DNA of 64,000 bases from Fonticula alba ATCC 38817 (Eukaryota > Protista > Nucleariida): assembly GCA_000388065.2 (NCBI GenBank), contig KB932204.1; one strand, 5' to 3'. Shown here in pieces: positions 24,301-35,282 of this stretch. Made by a program: the position numbers and the translations under genes. The notes under the pieces are model-generated. The model searched no databases. It was not told the DNA's origin and worked only from the letters and a program-made list of their open reading frames with translations. Positions within the stretch are counted from its first letter, which is position 1. The number at the start of each line of letters is the position of its first letter.

Positions 24301-24580
24301 TCTGGCTGCCGGAGCCGACCCGGCGGCCGGGGCTGGCGCGGGGCTGCCGGCTGACGGCCGCGTGGCCGCCGCCGAGCTGCCCTTCAATGTGGCCCGCGCC
24401 GACCAGGCACTGGTGGCCGTGCTCACCCAGCTGAGCCGCTTTACGGCCACCCCGCGCCCGGAGAATGCCCTCATTGAGCAGGCCCAGGGCCTGGTCACCT
24501 CGTTGCGCCAGTTCCAGGCGCAGATCCTTGTAGGCACCGCGCCGGGTGCCAATCGCGGCCGTGCCTCCACCCGTGACTAA
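18339..24580 (+). CDS. NUP155: Nuclear pore complex protein Nup155/Nup170; multi-exon, part hidden in gap 18695-19649
   Basis: ALRHASDLINRTIAED resembles the Nup155 N-terminal [53 protein letters not shown] matches the Nup155 propeller motif. Also LLWRYHIRHGQFLVAAHELYRLA, LDLDSRIAYLSRA and LTLEEMFNEIAVPLKLYEMVLILL. TAA at 24578-24580. Confidence 0.93.
18695..19649. other. Assembly gap of 955 N, the largest in the window; others at about 9545, 12085, 16084, 17847, 28566, 35582, 36624, 46945, 50639, 58359, 61165 and 63179
   Basis: N runs. Many abut poly-C/poly-G tracts or short duplicated contig ends. Confidence 0.99.
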
Positions 24581-24942
24581 GGCCCCCTGCGTGTGCCTCC
24601 GGGCTTTCCCCGTCTTTTGTCCCCCCCCCCCCCCCTGCATGTGTCCATTCCCTGTGCTTTGATGACCTCATCCCCCGCGCCCCCTTTTTTTCCCCCTCCC
24701 CCCTCGCATATATATATATATATATAATGTATGTGTACTTGACACCATCGTCATCCTTCTCCATGCCCTTTTCCAACTTTTCACACAAAATAGATCCAAG
24801 CAACATTTCAGCAAACGCTCTGCGTGTTGACCAGCAAGGGAGGTGGGGGGGGGGGGGCAAGGGAGTGGGAGGCGGATACGCCAGCCCAGACAGGGGAAGA
24901 CGCATGTACTTCCCCCCCCCCCTTAACGGGAGCGGTCGCGCA

Positions 24943-27900
24943 CTAGGGATGTGCCTGCGGAGACGGCGGAGCTGCGTCGGTAACTCCGCCCGGGGGCGGG
25001 GACGTGGCATGCCGGAGCCCCCACCACTTGGGCTCGATGTGGTTGCTGTCGAGGTTGACAGCCGCACGCCACGGGGCCTCGGGGTCGCTGCGGGAAACCA
25101 CCTGCTCGACAGCCTGCAGGAGCTGATCCATGCCGAGTTTGGTGATGCGGTTCCCCCGGAGGACGATGCGGTTCAGGACACTGTGAGAGGGGAGCGCGGC
25201 CAAGAAGCCGGACAGAGCCCCGACCCCGGCATCGCCGATGTCATTGTACGAGAGGCTGGCAAGGGCGAAGTCAGCGGGCGACCAAGGCGGAGAGGCAAAG
25301 GCGGAGGCGGCAGCCCGATGGAAAGGGACCGGGAAACGGGGGGAGGGGAAAGGAAAGAGCAGCACGCACTCCAGGTCAGGCAGCTGCAGGGGCTGATGGC
25401 CAGCCAGAAGGGCCTTCTCAAAGAGGAGGCACAGCCCGCGACAGCCGATCGAGCAGTCCGCAAGGCTGGGCGCAAGGGGCCGGGCAGGGGAGGATGTCAG
25501 GCGGGGGAAAGGCGAGAAGAGGAGAGCAGAGGAAGGAGGCCGGTAGGCGGGGGGGCAAAGGGCGAGGGGCGGCACGCACTCCAGACTCTCGAGGCCGTTC
25601 GCCGGGTGGGCCAGGACCCGGCCGAAGCTGGCCCAGGAGGCAAAGCCAACACGGTTGTTGTGCCGGAGGTTGAGAACACGCAGACGGCTGGCAAGCACGC
25701 GGCCAGCTGGCATTGAGGGCACATCATCACTCGGAGGTGTCTGATCGCCGGCGAGTTCGGTGGCCGGGGCAATGGCCACCGGCGAGGCCGGCTGCTCGGT
25801 GGCTTGGCGTTGGTCCGCTTGGAAGCGGAGGAGCTCGGCAAGAGCATTGGCTACCTCGTCCGAGAGGTCGGTCATCTCCAGGTTGAGGAGGGTCAGGCTG
25901 CGACAGCCACCCTGGCGCAGGGCCTCCACCAGGTCCAGCATGGAGGCCATGTTGATGCCGAGATTTTGGCTCAGGCTGGGGGGGGGGGGGTGAAAAGGGC
26001 GCACGAAGTCAGCCAAAGAGAGGCACAGAGGGCCACGGGGCAGAGACCGCGAGAAGATGGGGGCGGATCCTCGGCAGCATGGTGGGGGCTTGGAAAGTAG
26101 GGGGATGGGATCGGTGGAGTGGTGCGGAACGCACTCGAGATGCTCGAGAGACTGGTTGACACGCAGGGCCATGGCCAGCGGGGACAAATCGTGCAGATCG
26201 CAACCCGCCAGTCGCAGGACACGCAGGTGAACGGGCCCCGAGGAGAGGGTCCCGCGCTGGAGGTTAAACAATGGCACCAGGGAGGGGCCTTCATCGAGCC
26301 TGGGGCTGCCCGTGATCGGGGTGGCGGTGGCGGAGTGGGTGTCTGGCGAGGCCGCCGCCGCGCCGGGCCAGCCGTGGGCGAGCATCGCGCCGACCGCGGC
26401 CACCGCCTCGCCGGCCGACGTGCTATTGAGGTTGAGCTCCTCCAGGCTGGAAGGCTCGGAGGTGACACGCGAACGCCAAAGGGCCTGGACCACCGCGGTC
26501 ACGCCCTCCGGCAGGAGCGGGTTGGATTCGAGGCTGGAAGGGGAAACCCGCACAAAGGGCGGTTCAGGGGGGGGGGGGGGGAGGGGCGGACAGAAGGGCG
26601 GGGAAAAGGGCGAATGGAAAAGACGAAGGGCTGCCGGGGAGGGAGGCTGCACCATGCGAGCCGAGGGGCCCGGGTGGGCGGAGCACTTTGACAAGCACAC
26701 AAGGACAGGCATCAGGGGCAACAGGCGGAAGGGCCCATCTCCGGGGGACAGGGTGCGCGTACTTCAGGCTGCGAATGGACACGGGAAAGGACAGCCAGTC
26801 GGCGAGATACTGACAGCCCAGCGGGGTGATGGAATTGGAAGCAAGACTGGGACGGGGAGAAGGGCCGAGGCATGGTCAGTGACGCCATCCGACGAGGGGC
26901 CAGGTGCTTCGGGGGAGGGGGGGGGGGGGGGAGTGCCCAGCGTGCATGCATAGGCATCCTCTCACCCCGGGTGGCACTTGCACGGCCACCAGCGTGGGCC
27001 AGAAGGGCGGGAGAAGGGTCGTGCGCGTACTCAAGCTCGATGGGCCACGGTTGGAGAATGCCCTCCAGGAGACGGCCCTCGCGCCGGTGGTGAAGATGCC
27101 GCTCGGATCCGGCCTCGACGCCGGGGGACGAGTTGATCCACGAGGCGAACATCAGCCACTGCCAGCCGGCCACCATGGACTTCATGAGGACCTCCAGGCC
27201 ACGGTCACCCAGATAGCACTGCACAAGGGACAGCCGCGTCAAGTGCGGGCTACTGAGCGGGTGGGCCACAGACCGGCAGTGCGGCGAGGACACGCGGCTG
27301 AGCAGCTGAGACAGGAGATCCCACACGTCCGAGTCGACGAGGGTCTGCTGCGAGGCCACGCCATGGGGATGCCCCAAGGCCAGGCCCCACAGACAAAGAT
27401 TCAGCCCGGGCCCGGTGGAGGCGATGTCGGCCGTGGGGCTCCAGCTGCCAGCCGGCCCGGGGGCGCCTCCGCGCGCCCGATCCGTGGTCGCCACCTCCGG
27501 CACCAAAGGGTCCACCTGCAGGAGACGCGAGCACAGCTGCGACAGGCGCCGGTCCACCTCCAGCAGATCTCGGCTGCTCGTGCTGTTGGCCGCCGAGCCC
27601 GGGGGCGGGGGGCTCAGGGCCCGCGAGTCGCCGGAGCCCCCCATGGCCGAGGAGTGGCCGCTGGTGTCGGCGGATTTGCGGAAGTAGTGGCGCAAGCCGC
27701 GGCGGAAGCTGCGCCCACGCCGCCGCGGGCCAGCGGCCGTTGCCCCCGGGGTCGCAGAGCCCCCGGTGGCCATGTCAAACCCCCGCACCGGCTCCACACT
27801 GGATGACATGGGCTCCGGGATGGGGATATGGCCATCGAGGGGGCCCTGGGCCGGGCAAGAGTCGTGCACCAGCGCAGCCGGGGCCGAGGACGAGAGGGCC

Positions 27901-29781
27901 GGATCCTGGCTCGACCGGCCGGGCGAGGAGGCACCCCCCGGGGCAGGATCGCCGGGCAGCTGACCGACCACATCGGTCAAAGTGCACGAGGCGACCACCT
28001 CAATCAGGTCCCGCTCGACACTGGCATCCCGGGAGAGGGAGATCCTGTCGGAGGAAGAGGAAGCCAGGGCCGTGCCGCGTGAGTGGGCTTGGTCCAAGAG
28101 CAGACACTCGCTCACCGAGGGGGGGATCTCGCGAATGCACAGGTCCACGGTCAGAACCTGCAGAGGCACCCAATCGGGCATGGCGAGACCCGCGGCGATG
28201 GCGCGGTCGAGCCAGCTCGGGACGGCCGGGCTGCCACCCTGCGCGGGACGCTCGCTGGCCACGCCACCGGCGGCCGTGCTGAAGATGATCAATTCGGCGG
28301 CGGAGAGGCTGTGTGGCCGGGCCAGCTCCCGGGAAGCATCGGGACCGGCATCCGGCCCGAGGAAACTCAGCGATGCGGTGAAAACACCGCTCCCGTGGGA
28401 AAACACCGGGCAGAGGATCCCTTCGGGCTGGAGGGCCAGCGCGATGGCCAGATCTACAAGTCCCAAGATGAATGTGTGCGTGTGTGCGCATCATCGTGAT
28501 GTCGGGGGAGGGGGGGCCGGAAAGGAGGATTAGGAAGGAACTGGTGGTCGGGGATGGGGGGGGGGNNNNNNNNNNNNNNNNNNNNNNNNNNNNNNNNNNN
28601 NNNNNNNNNNNNNNNNNNNNNNNNNNNNNNNNNNNNNNNNNNNNNNNNNNNNNNNNNNNNNCATCGGTGTGTGCGATGGGTGTGTGCGCGCACGCGCGAG
28701 CACGTACCGGTCAAATCATGGTGGCTCTCCGAGCGAATGGCTATCCGAAGCGGCTGGACCAGGGGATTGAAGGGGAAGAGACCGCGACTGGCACTGCCGG
28801 AGAAGTCCACCGACGCAAGACGACGGGGGCACACGGGCCCCGAGGCGCAAGAACTTGGCGAAGTGGGCAGAACACACGAATCACACAGCAGAGACCCGAC
28901 AGACGACGAGGCCGATGGGCCGGAGCCCGGGGTCGCGGGGCCCAACATGCCTCCGTTGAAGGGGCTCTCGTGAATGGTGATTACATTCATCCTGGCGCCT
29001 TGGAGGGGGCGTGTGCGCCAGTACAGCTAGGGGGCGGTCGGGGAGGGAGGGAGGGGGGGAGAGGGGGTGGGGGGGGGGGAGAGGGGAATGGATACGGCAA
29101 AGGCAGACGTATGACAGGAGAGAGCGAGAGGGAGGGGCGACTCGGCATCTTGAGTGGATTTGCGAGGACCGGGGGGCACCGGTCCGCCGGCCGAAAAAAA
29201 AAAAGACACCCCTCACTAACCAAGCAGGCCCCCTCCGCCCAGCAGGCCACCCACCCGCCCAGCAGGCCACCCACCCGCCCAGCAGGCCACCCACCCGCCC
29301 GCTCCAACCTGGGGGGAAAAGAGAACGGGGACAGACAGACCGTGAGAGAGAGGGGGAGAGAAAGAGGTCAATCCTCGCGATGAGCGCGCACGAGAAGGCC
29401 CACAGCCGGACAAATATACCAGCAGGTCTCCCATCCTCTTCGAAAGCCCAAGACCATATCCTATCTTTGTTCTTGGCCACAATGATGGCTACACAACTGG
29501 GCTGGCTACAATACCATCGGAGCCCATGGCAGCAACGAGGTGAAAGGGGGATGCTGGTGGAGAAAGCCCGGCATCCACACCGGCCGGGGGGGAATTCCGC
29601 AGGGCGTTTGTTCTGCAGCGGATGGAGAAGGGAAGGGGGGGGGGGGGGGAAGAGGGCCAGGATCGTTTCAAGATCGAGCCACCCCGTTTGAGGTCTTGGC
29701 GCCCCCCCCCCCCCCACCAGTGCAAGTGTCTTCTGCCGGCTAGACGCCAGGTGTACTTTCAAGTGAAGATGGAAACCGGCC
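24943..29781 (-). CDS. RNI-like (ribonuclease-inhibitor class) leucine-rich repeat protein; multi-exon, 5' end unresolved upstream of 29781
   Basis: LRR units after splicing: LTRLSLVQCYLGDRG, LDLASNSITPLGCQYLA, LNLESNPLLPEG, LEELNLNSTSAG, LRVLRLAGCDLHD, LDLSQNLGIN, LTLLNLEMTDLSDE, LRVLNLRHNNRVG, LDLADCSIGCRG, LDLSYNDIGDAGVGAL, LNRIVLRGNRITKLG. TAG at 24943-24945. Links of upstream exons (28999-28706, ~29520-29420, 29781-~29718) are phase-compatible but less certain. Confidence 0.75.
29223..29300. repeat. 20-bp intronic minisatellite (agcaggccacccacccgccc) x3 plus one degenerate copy
   Basis: Exact copies at 29241, 29261 and 29281; shortened copy at 29223; no spacers. Confidence 0.9.
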
Positions 29782-32076
29782 CTGCGGCAATCCTTACACC
29801 CTCCCTTTCTCTCTCACACGCATGCACGCACGCACGCGCATGCACGCACACACGCGCACACGCGCACGCACACACACATCAAGCACGCACGCGCGCAAAA
29901 GCATGGAGTGGGCAGTTGGGGGCATTGCTTGAACGCGGGCCACGCATGTCGGGCCCCGCTAGCGCGAGTTGTGCGAACGGGGCCAGGGGCCGAGGGAGTT
30001 ACATAGCCACAGAAATCCGGCGATTGACGCTCGGCTGACCGGACAGACACAGTGGAGATGCGCTCCCCCGGCTCTGCCTCGCATTGACGGGGAGGAAGGG
30101 CCCGAGCCTGGAGGCGCCGTTCCCTGGCGGGCCCCGGTCACGGCGGGCCAGAGAAGGAGGACATGGTACCTGGCCCGACACGCCGGGCCCCCCCCCCCCC
30201 CTTCGGAGGGAGAAATGATAACAAACTGGTAGACGCCAGAAAAAAATACCAGGAAAACTGAGCCCCAGGCACCCTTTCTCTGGACGGGGGGCCGGCGCGC
30301 GGTCCAGCCCCTGGCGGCCCGGAACACCCCCGGTTGTCAGTATAAGGCCAGACATCCTTTCCCCGGCCGAGGGGAGAGGGGCTCCGGATCAAGCACCCGG
30401 GCCGGAACTGCATGACCGCGACACTTACGGCACACAGCTAGGGAAAGGCCCATCCCACACGGATCTGCCGGCCGCGGAGGGGTTCCCTCGCTGGGGCAGA
30501 TCAGCACGGTTGTCGGGCGCGAGGGCAGGGGGGGGAGGGGCGGCAAGGGCAGATGCGCAATCTCCGTGCGTAGCGCGCACATACGCGCACGCGGGCGTAC
30601 CGGTGGAATGCTCTCGGAGAAGATCCAGCCCAGCCCACGCCTGACTGGGCCGAAGGCCCCCCCCCCCCCCCCCCCGCGGGAGTGGCGGCCCCGATTGTGC
30701 CGGAGCAGGGCCTCTTCCCGAAGGGACGGGGCCGGGCGCGCGAGCGGAACCGCGGCCCCGAGCCCCCGGGAGCCTGGCTCGCCCCTCCGGGGGTGCCAGG
30801 GCGAGCTCGTGCCAGCGCTGACAACCTGGCAAACACCCCCCTCCCCCCCCCTCCGGCCCGAGTTACATTGTGTTGTCCTCGGAAGCTGGGCTCGACCAAA
30901 CGAGTCACAGGTTTCTCTCGGACCCGAGCACGGGCGCAACCGGGGGGGCGGCACCCCCCGCATCCTCCCTCGCTCCGTCCGGGGGGGGGGGGGGGGCGGG
31001 GCAGCTGCTGGTCAAGTGTGAGATCGATGCCATCCCTCTCCGGGTGCGGGGGTCCGGTGGGGGGACTCCAGTCAGATGTGAGTTGGGGCGGAGGGAGGGG
31101 GGCCAGAAGCAAGAAGTAATCGTGGGCAGTACGGCAGGGAGCCCGATAGCCGGGCGTCTTGGCCCGTCTCCCGGGGGGGGGGGGGCGGGGGCAGGAACAG
31201 CCAGCCTCGCAAGGCAGCCCATCTCGTCTCCGCCCCCGCCTTGGCCTCACTTTCGGGATGCGAAATTCACTTTTCCGATTTTGGACGATCGCCGTCTCCA
31301 CACGCGCACACGCGCCCTCCCCCATGGCTCACCCCTGAGACCGACGCGTGTCGGCGACATCCATGAAAAGCTCCCCCGCGCCGAGGGAGCGACAAGGCAG
31401 GGGGGAGCCACCGGCAGGACGGCGCGCCCAACAGGCAGGGGCCTGGGACCCCAGCCAGGGGCTCCTGCGTTGGCTGCTCGCGTTCTTGGCACGCACACTT
31501 GGTTCTGACGGGACAGAGGCGTGACCGCGTGATTACGGTTCTGTAGTAGCAGCTTCGGTTCATGGCCATACGACAACGGGGAGATCGTCGAAGGCGCAGG
31601 AAGGGAGGAGGCTGACAAAAGAAAGAGCACAGACACACACACGTACACACGTACACACACGTACACACACGCACACACACACACACACACACACGCACAC
31701 ACACACACACACACGCACACACACGCGCGCGCGCACACAGGCCAAAGATGGTGAGCACAGACTCCCCGTCCAAACGCAGAGAAGGTGTGGGAGATTCTAT
31801 TGTATTGTGGGAGAGGGAGAGGAAGGAGGACATATTTCTGCTTTTTTTTTCTTCTTTTTCTTTCGGGGCAGCGAGGGGCAAGAGGGGAAGGGATTGCTTG
31901 CTCGGGACCTGTGCGGCCTCGCGGGCGGATGCACTATAGCCCCTCGCTCGCGGGAAGGGCTCCTGGGAAAGGGGAAGGGAGAAGGCGAAAGAAGGAGCGA
32001 GGGAGAATGCAGGAGCGAGGAAGGGATAGACTGGCCCAGAGGAGGAACGCAGAGGACACACCACACGACCCGGCTC

Positions 32077-32133
32077 TTACCGGCGTGCACGATCGCGGCC
32101 GCGGCCACGGCTCCGGCTCCGGCTGCCACTGTC

Positions 32134-32189
<56 letters not shown>

Positions 32190-33336
32190 TGCCACTGTCG
32201 CTCCGGCTCCGACTACGACTGCCGCTGTGGCTGCGGCCCCGACTCCGGCTCCGGCTGCGGGTATCATCATCACTACGGCTCCGACTGCCACTATCACTGC
32301 GACTGCGGCTGCGGCTGCGGCTGCTGCTACGACCACGAGAGCGCTTTGTGGGGGGCGAAGAGGCGGCCGGGCGATCGGGCGAAGGGCTTCGGCTGCGGGG
32401 GCGCCGGTTGGATGTCGGAGAGTCGGGGGGGATGGCTTGCTGTTGGGGGCGCGCTCCGGCGTGGCGCTTGGCAGTCGAATCGTCGCGGTCAGTGGCCGGG
32501 TCGACCGGACGCTTACGGCTGGAAGCCGGCGACCGAGAGCGCGACCGACTGGAAGAGCCCACATGCGATCGCCGGGGGGAGAGAAGCTCCGACTCGCTGA
32601 CGGGCGAGGGGGAGCGCTTGCTCGGGCCGACGGCCGACGAGGAGGCGGCACGCTTGTCCGAGGATCTGCTCTTCGAGGGCCGCGCATCGTCAGACTCCGA
32701 GCCGGAGTCCGAGCCGGAGTCGTAGGAGTCGTAGGAGTCGTAGGAGTCGTAGGAGTCGTAGGAGTCGTAGGAGTCATAGGAGTCGTAGGAATCGTAGGAG
32801 TCATAGGAATCGTATGAATCGTAGGAGTCATAGGGATCAGGTGAGGAAGTGCGTCGGCCGGTCGACTTTGCCTTCTTCTTCGATGGGGACTCGAGGTCCA
32901 CATCCTTCAGGACGGAAGTCACAGCGGCCGACCTGGCCCGGTGAGAGGGGAAAAAAAGAGGGGCAGGGTCCAGCGGAAGGAAGGGAACAGCAGGCGAGAG
33001 CCAAGGGTGGAGCACGAGGAAAGGGCAGCATGTCAGATCCTGCACATGCGGGCACTTGGGCAAATGGCGAGGAGCCAGCCCCTGCACGCACCGGTCAGCC
33101 TCGAGATCGGGCGGGCGCTCCTCGGTCAGCGGACGCCCAAGACCATGGATGTCGCCGGCGGCACGCATGCGCAGGCGCTCGGAAGCCGAGGGCCGAGCCT
33201 TGTAGCTGGGCGTGGAGCCGGGCTTCTGGCGGCAATCATACGTCCAGTGCCCGGACTCGAAGCAACGCTGGCACTGTGCGTTCTGGTCGCGGGACTGGTA
33301 GCCAAGGCCGGGGCTGGAACTGTTGGCCTTGGCCAT
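32077..33336 (-). CDS. ZCCHC10: ZCCHC10-like zinc-knuckle (CX2CX3GHX4C) protein with a (YDS)13 array and a C-terminal RS domain
   Basis: QCQRCFESGHWTYDCRQKPGSTPSYKARPSASERL matches the ZCCHC10 pattern C.KC...GHWTYEC....Y..RPSR. Probable 159-nt intron 33091-32933. SR dipeptides encoded by AGC-CGG repeats at ~32095-32340. The TAA lies inside a donor-like CG|GTAAGA, so a third exon ending near 31797 is possible. Confidence 0.8.
32716..32832 (-). repeat. Coding 9-bp tandem repeat x13 encoding (Tyr-Asp-Ser)13
   Basis: Units TAY-GAY-TCM counted directly; every difference between units is synonymous. Confidence 0.95.
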
Positions 33337-35282
33337 CCTTCATTGGCGCAGAGCGGGAAATGGGAAGGGAGGGAGCAGGCAGGCAGGCAGGCGGAGCGGG
33401 AAATGGTCAGTCCCGACAGGAGGCGACAATGCAAGGGATGCCATTGAGGACGTACGAGGGCCGGGACCGGCGGAAAAGCTGCTCCAGAGAGGGAGCGCTC
33501 CGCCCCTGGCCGAAGGGGGAGGAGTATGGGCGGTTGGACATCGCCGTTTTGGTTGCCGCGAAAGTCGAGAGAGAGAGAGAGAGAGAGAGAAGGGACGGAG
33601 AAGAGGGGGGGAGAGGGAGGGAGGGAAGGGGGAAGGGCGCGGCAACAAGGCAGGGAAGGACGGGGTGTGGACCGTGTGGAAGGGCAGGTGCCCGTGCGGG
33701 GGGGGCCTTTGGCATTCAACGACCGGAATGGCTGGCATGACTCCAGGTGGTGAGTGTCATCGTCCCGGACGCAAGTGGTCCGGAGGGCCCCGGGGGCGGG
33801 CTCCCCTCGGCGCGGATCGCAGCATGCCGCACGGAAGCCATCAGGAACGGGAGCCCAGGGGGGTGCAGGGGGGGCAGCGGCCGGAGAACGAGCCGCAGGC
33901 GTGCAACGGCCAAGGAGCCGCGCGCCAGCGCGGGAGTTTGCGCATGTGATGCGGGTCACTGGGTGTGCGCGCTGCGGCGGCACTTGAAGGGGTTGCAATC
34001 ATATATTCGCGTTAATATTCAGGATCCCTTTTTCGGTGTGCAGGGTTTGCCTATGGGCCATAAGGAAAAAGGGGACTTCAGCCCCCCCCCCCCCGCTTTG
34101 GGTGTGTGTGTGTGTGTGTGAACGTGTGTGCACCCTGTTCGCTCGGTCGCTGGGCCATTCTCGGCAACGCTGCCAGGCTATCCCGGCGCCTGTGGAGCAT
34201 TTGCGCCTGCATCCACGCCGGCAAAGTGAGAACCGCTGGAGGAGCCCGAGCCCGTGTCCCCCGGCGGGACGCCACGTCGGCAAGCCTGTCCTCCGGGTGA
34301 TCGAGCAGACTGACCTCTCTCTGGGTGGGAAAGGCAAGCCCTGGATGCCCGGACAGGAGGGAGCGGCGGGGGGGGGGGGGGGGGGGGGGGGGGCACGCGG
34401 CCCCAGCTTGATGTGTGCGTGACCGCGCTCCGGTGCCTTGCAGGGGCCTGGGGCTCGAGCCCTGCTTTTGGCCCCGCACAGGCAGAAGCAGGAAATGAGT
34501 GCGCAACATTGCGCGCGGCCGGTCATCCCCAGCCATCTCCATATGTCTCTTGGGGGGCGGGGGGGGGAGGGGGGGGCGGACCTCGTAGGGGCTAGCGTTG
34601 GCCATCCCCGTTGAGGGTTTAACAGTCGTGGTCGCTCGACACTGGCTGATTGCCCGTGGCCGGGAAAGGGGTCCCCTCCGGGCCGCGCTCTATCATTTGC
34701 ACCCACGCATGAGCATTTTAGTTGGTTGCTTGAATGCGCCAGCTGCGGCTATCCTCGCATCCGTGCTGGTGGGAAGGGCGCCGTCTTTCTTCCGGGGGGT
34801 GTGTCACGCTTCCGCGAGGGAAACTGTCCCACGCCGCGCCAACTGCGGCGGCGGCGGCCAGACTGGCGGGTCGCGGTGAATATTTTTCGTCCTGATTCCC
34901 GAAAGAAGGCACCCCTCTTGTTCGCTGCGCTGATTCGAAACTATACGCGTGAACATGGGGATGGCGTGTGGCCTGGGTGGCGCGGGGGGGGGGGGGGCGA
35001 CGGTGGTTCTCTCTCCCTCCACAGGGCAGAACCCTTCCGTCATGCTGGCATCCGCGTGCGCGTCCGAGACGCGATCACACCGCGCATGTCCCCCTGCTCT
35101 TGCGTCGAATCGAGGCAGGGGGGCATCCTCCCAAATAATGCCCGCCGGAGGCTGATGAGCGGCCCTTTCGGTGGGCTCTTTTTTTGCAAGATTGCCCACC
35201 CAATACCCCCCCCCCTACCCCCCCCCTGTCCTTGAGTTTCTTGCGCACCTCGCTCCCCGCCCCCTTGCCCCCTTCCTGCAGG

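Noticed and set aside
29223-29300. CRISPR-like array
   Set aside because: Head-to-tail repeats without spacers, inside a eukaryotic intron, with no cas genes; the same applies to the 9-bp and 18-bp coding repeats.
24943-29781. CARMIL identity for the LRR gene
   Set aside because: Only a vague resemblance in the 5' exons, and the gene ends right after the LRRs with no CPI-containing tail.
34726-35235. 169-aa + strand ORF upstream of ZNF598
   Set aside because: TTG start, mixed codon usage, no recognisable motif, and it runs into poly-G. It is more likely intergenic or 5' UTR, though an upstream exon is not excluded.
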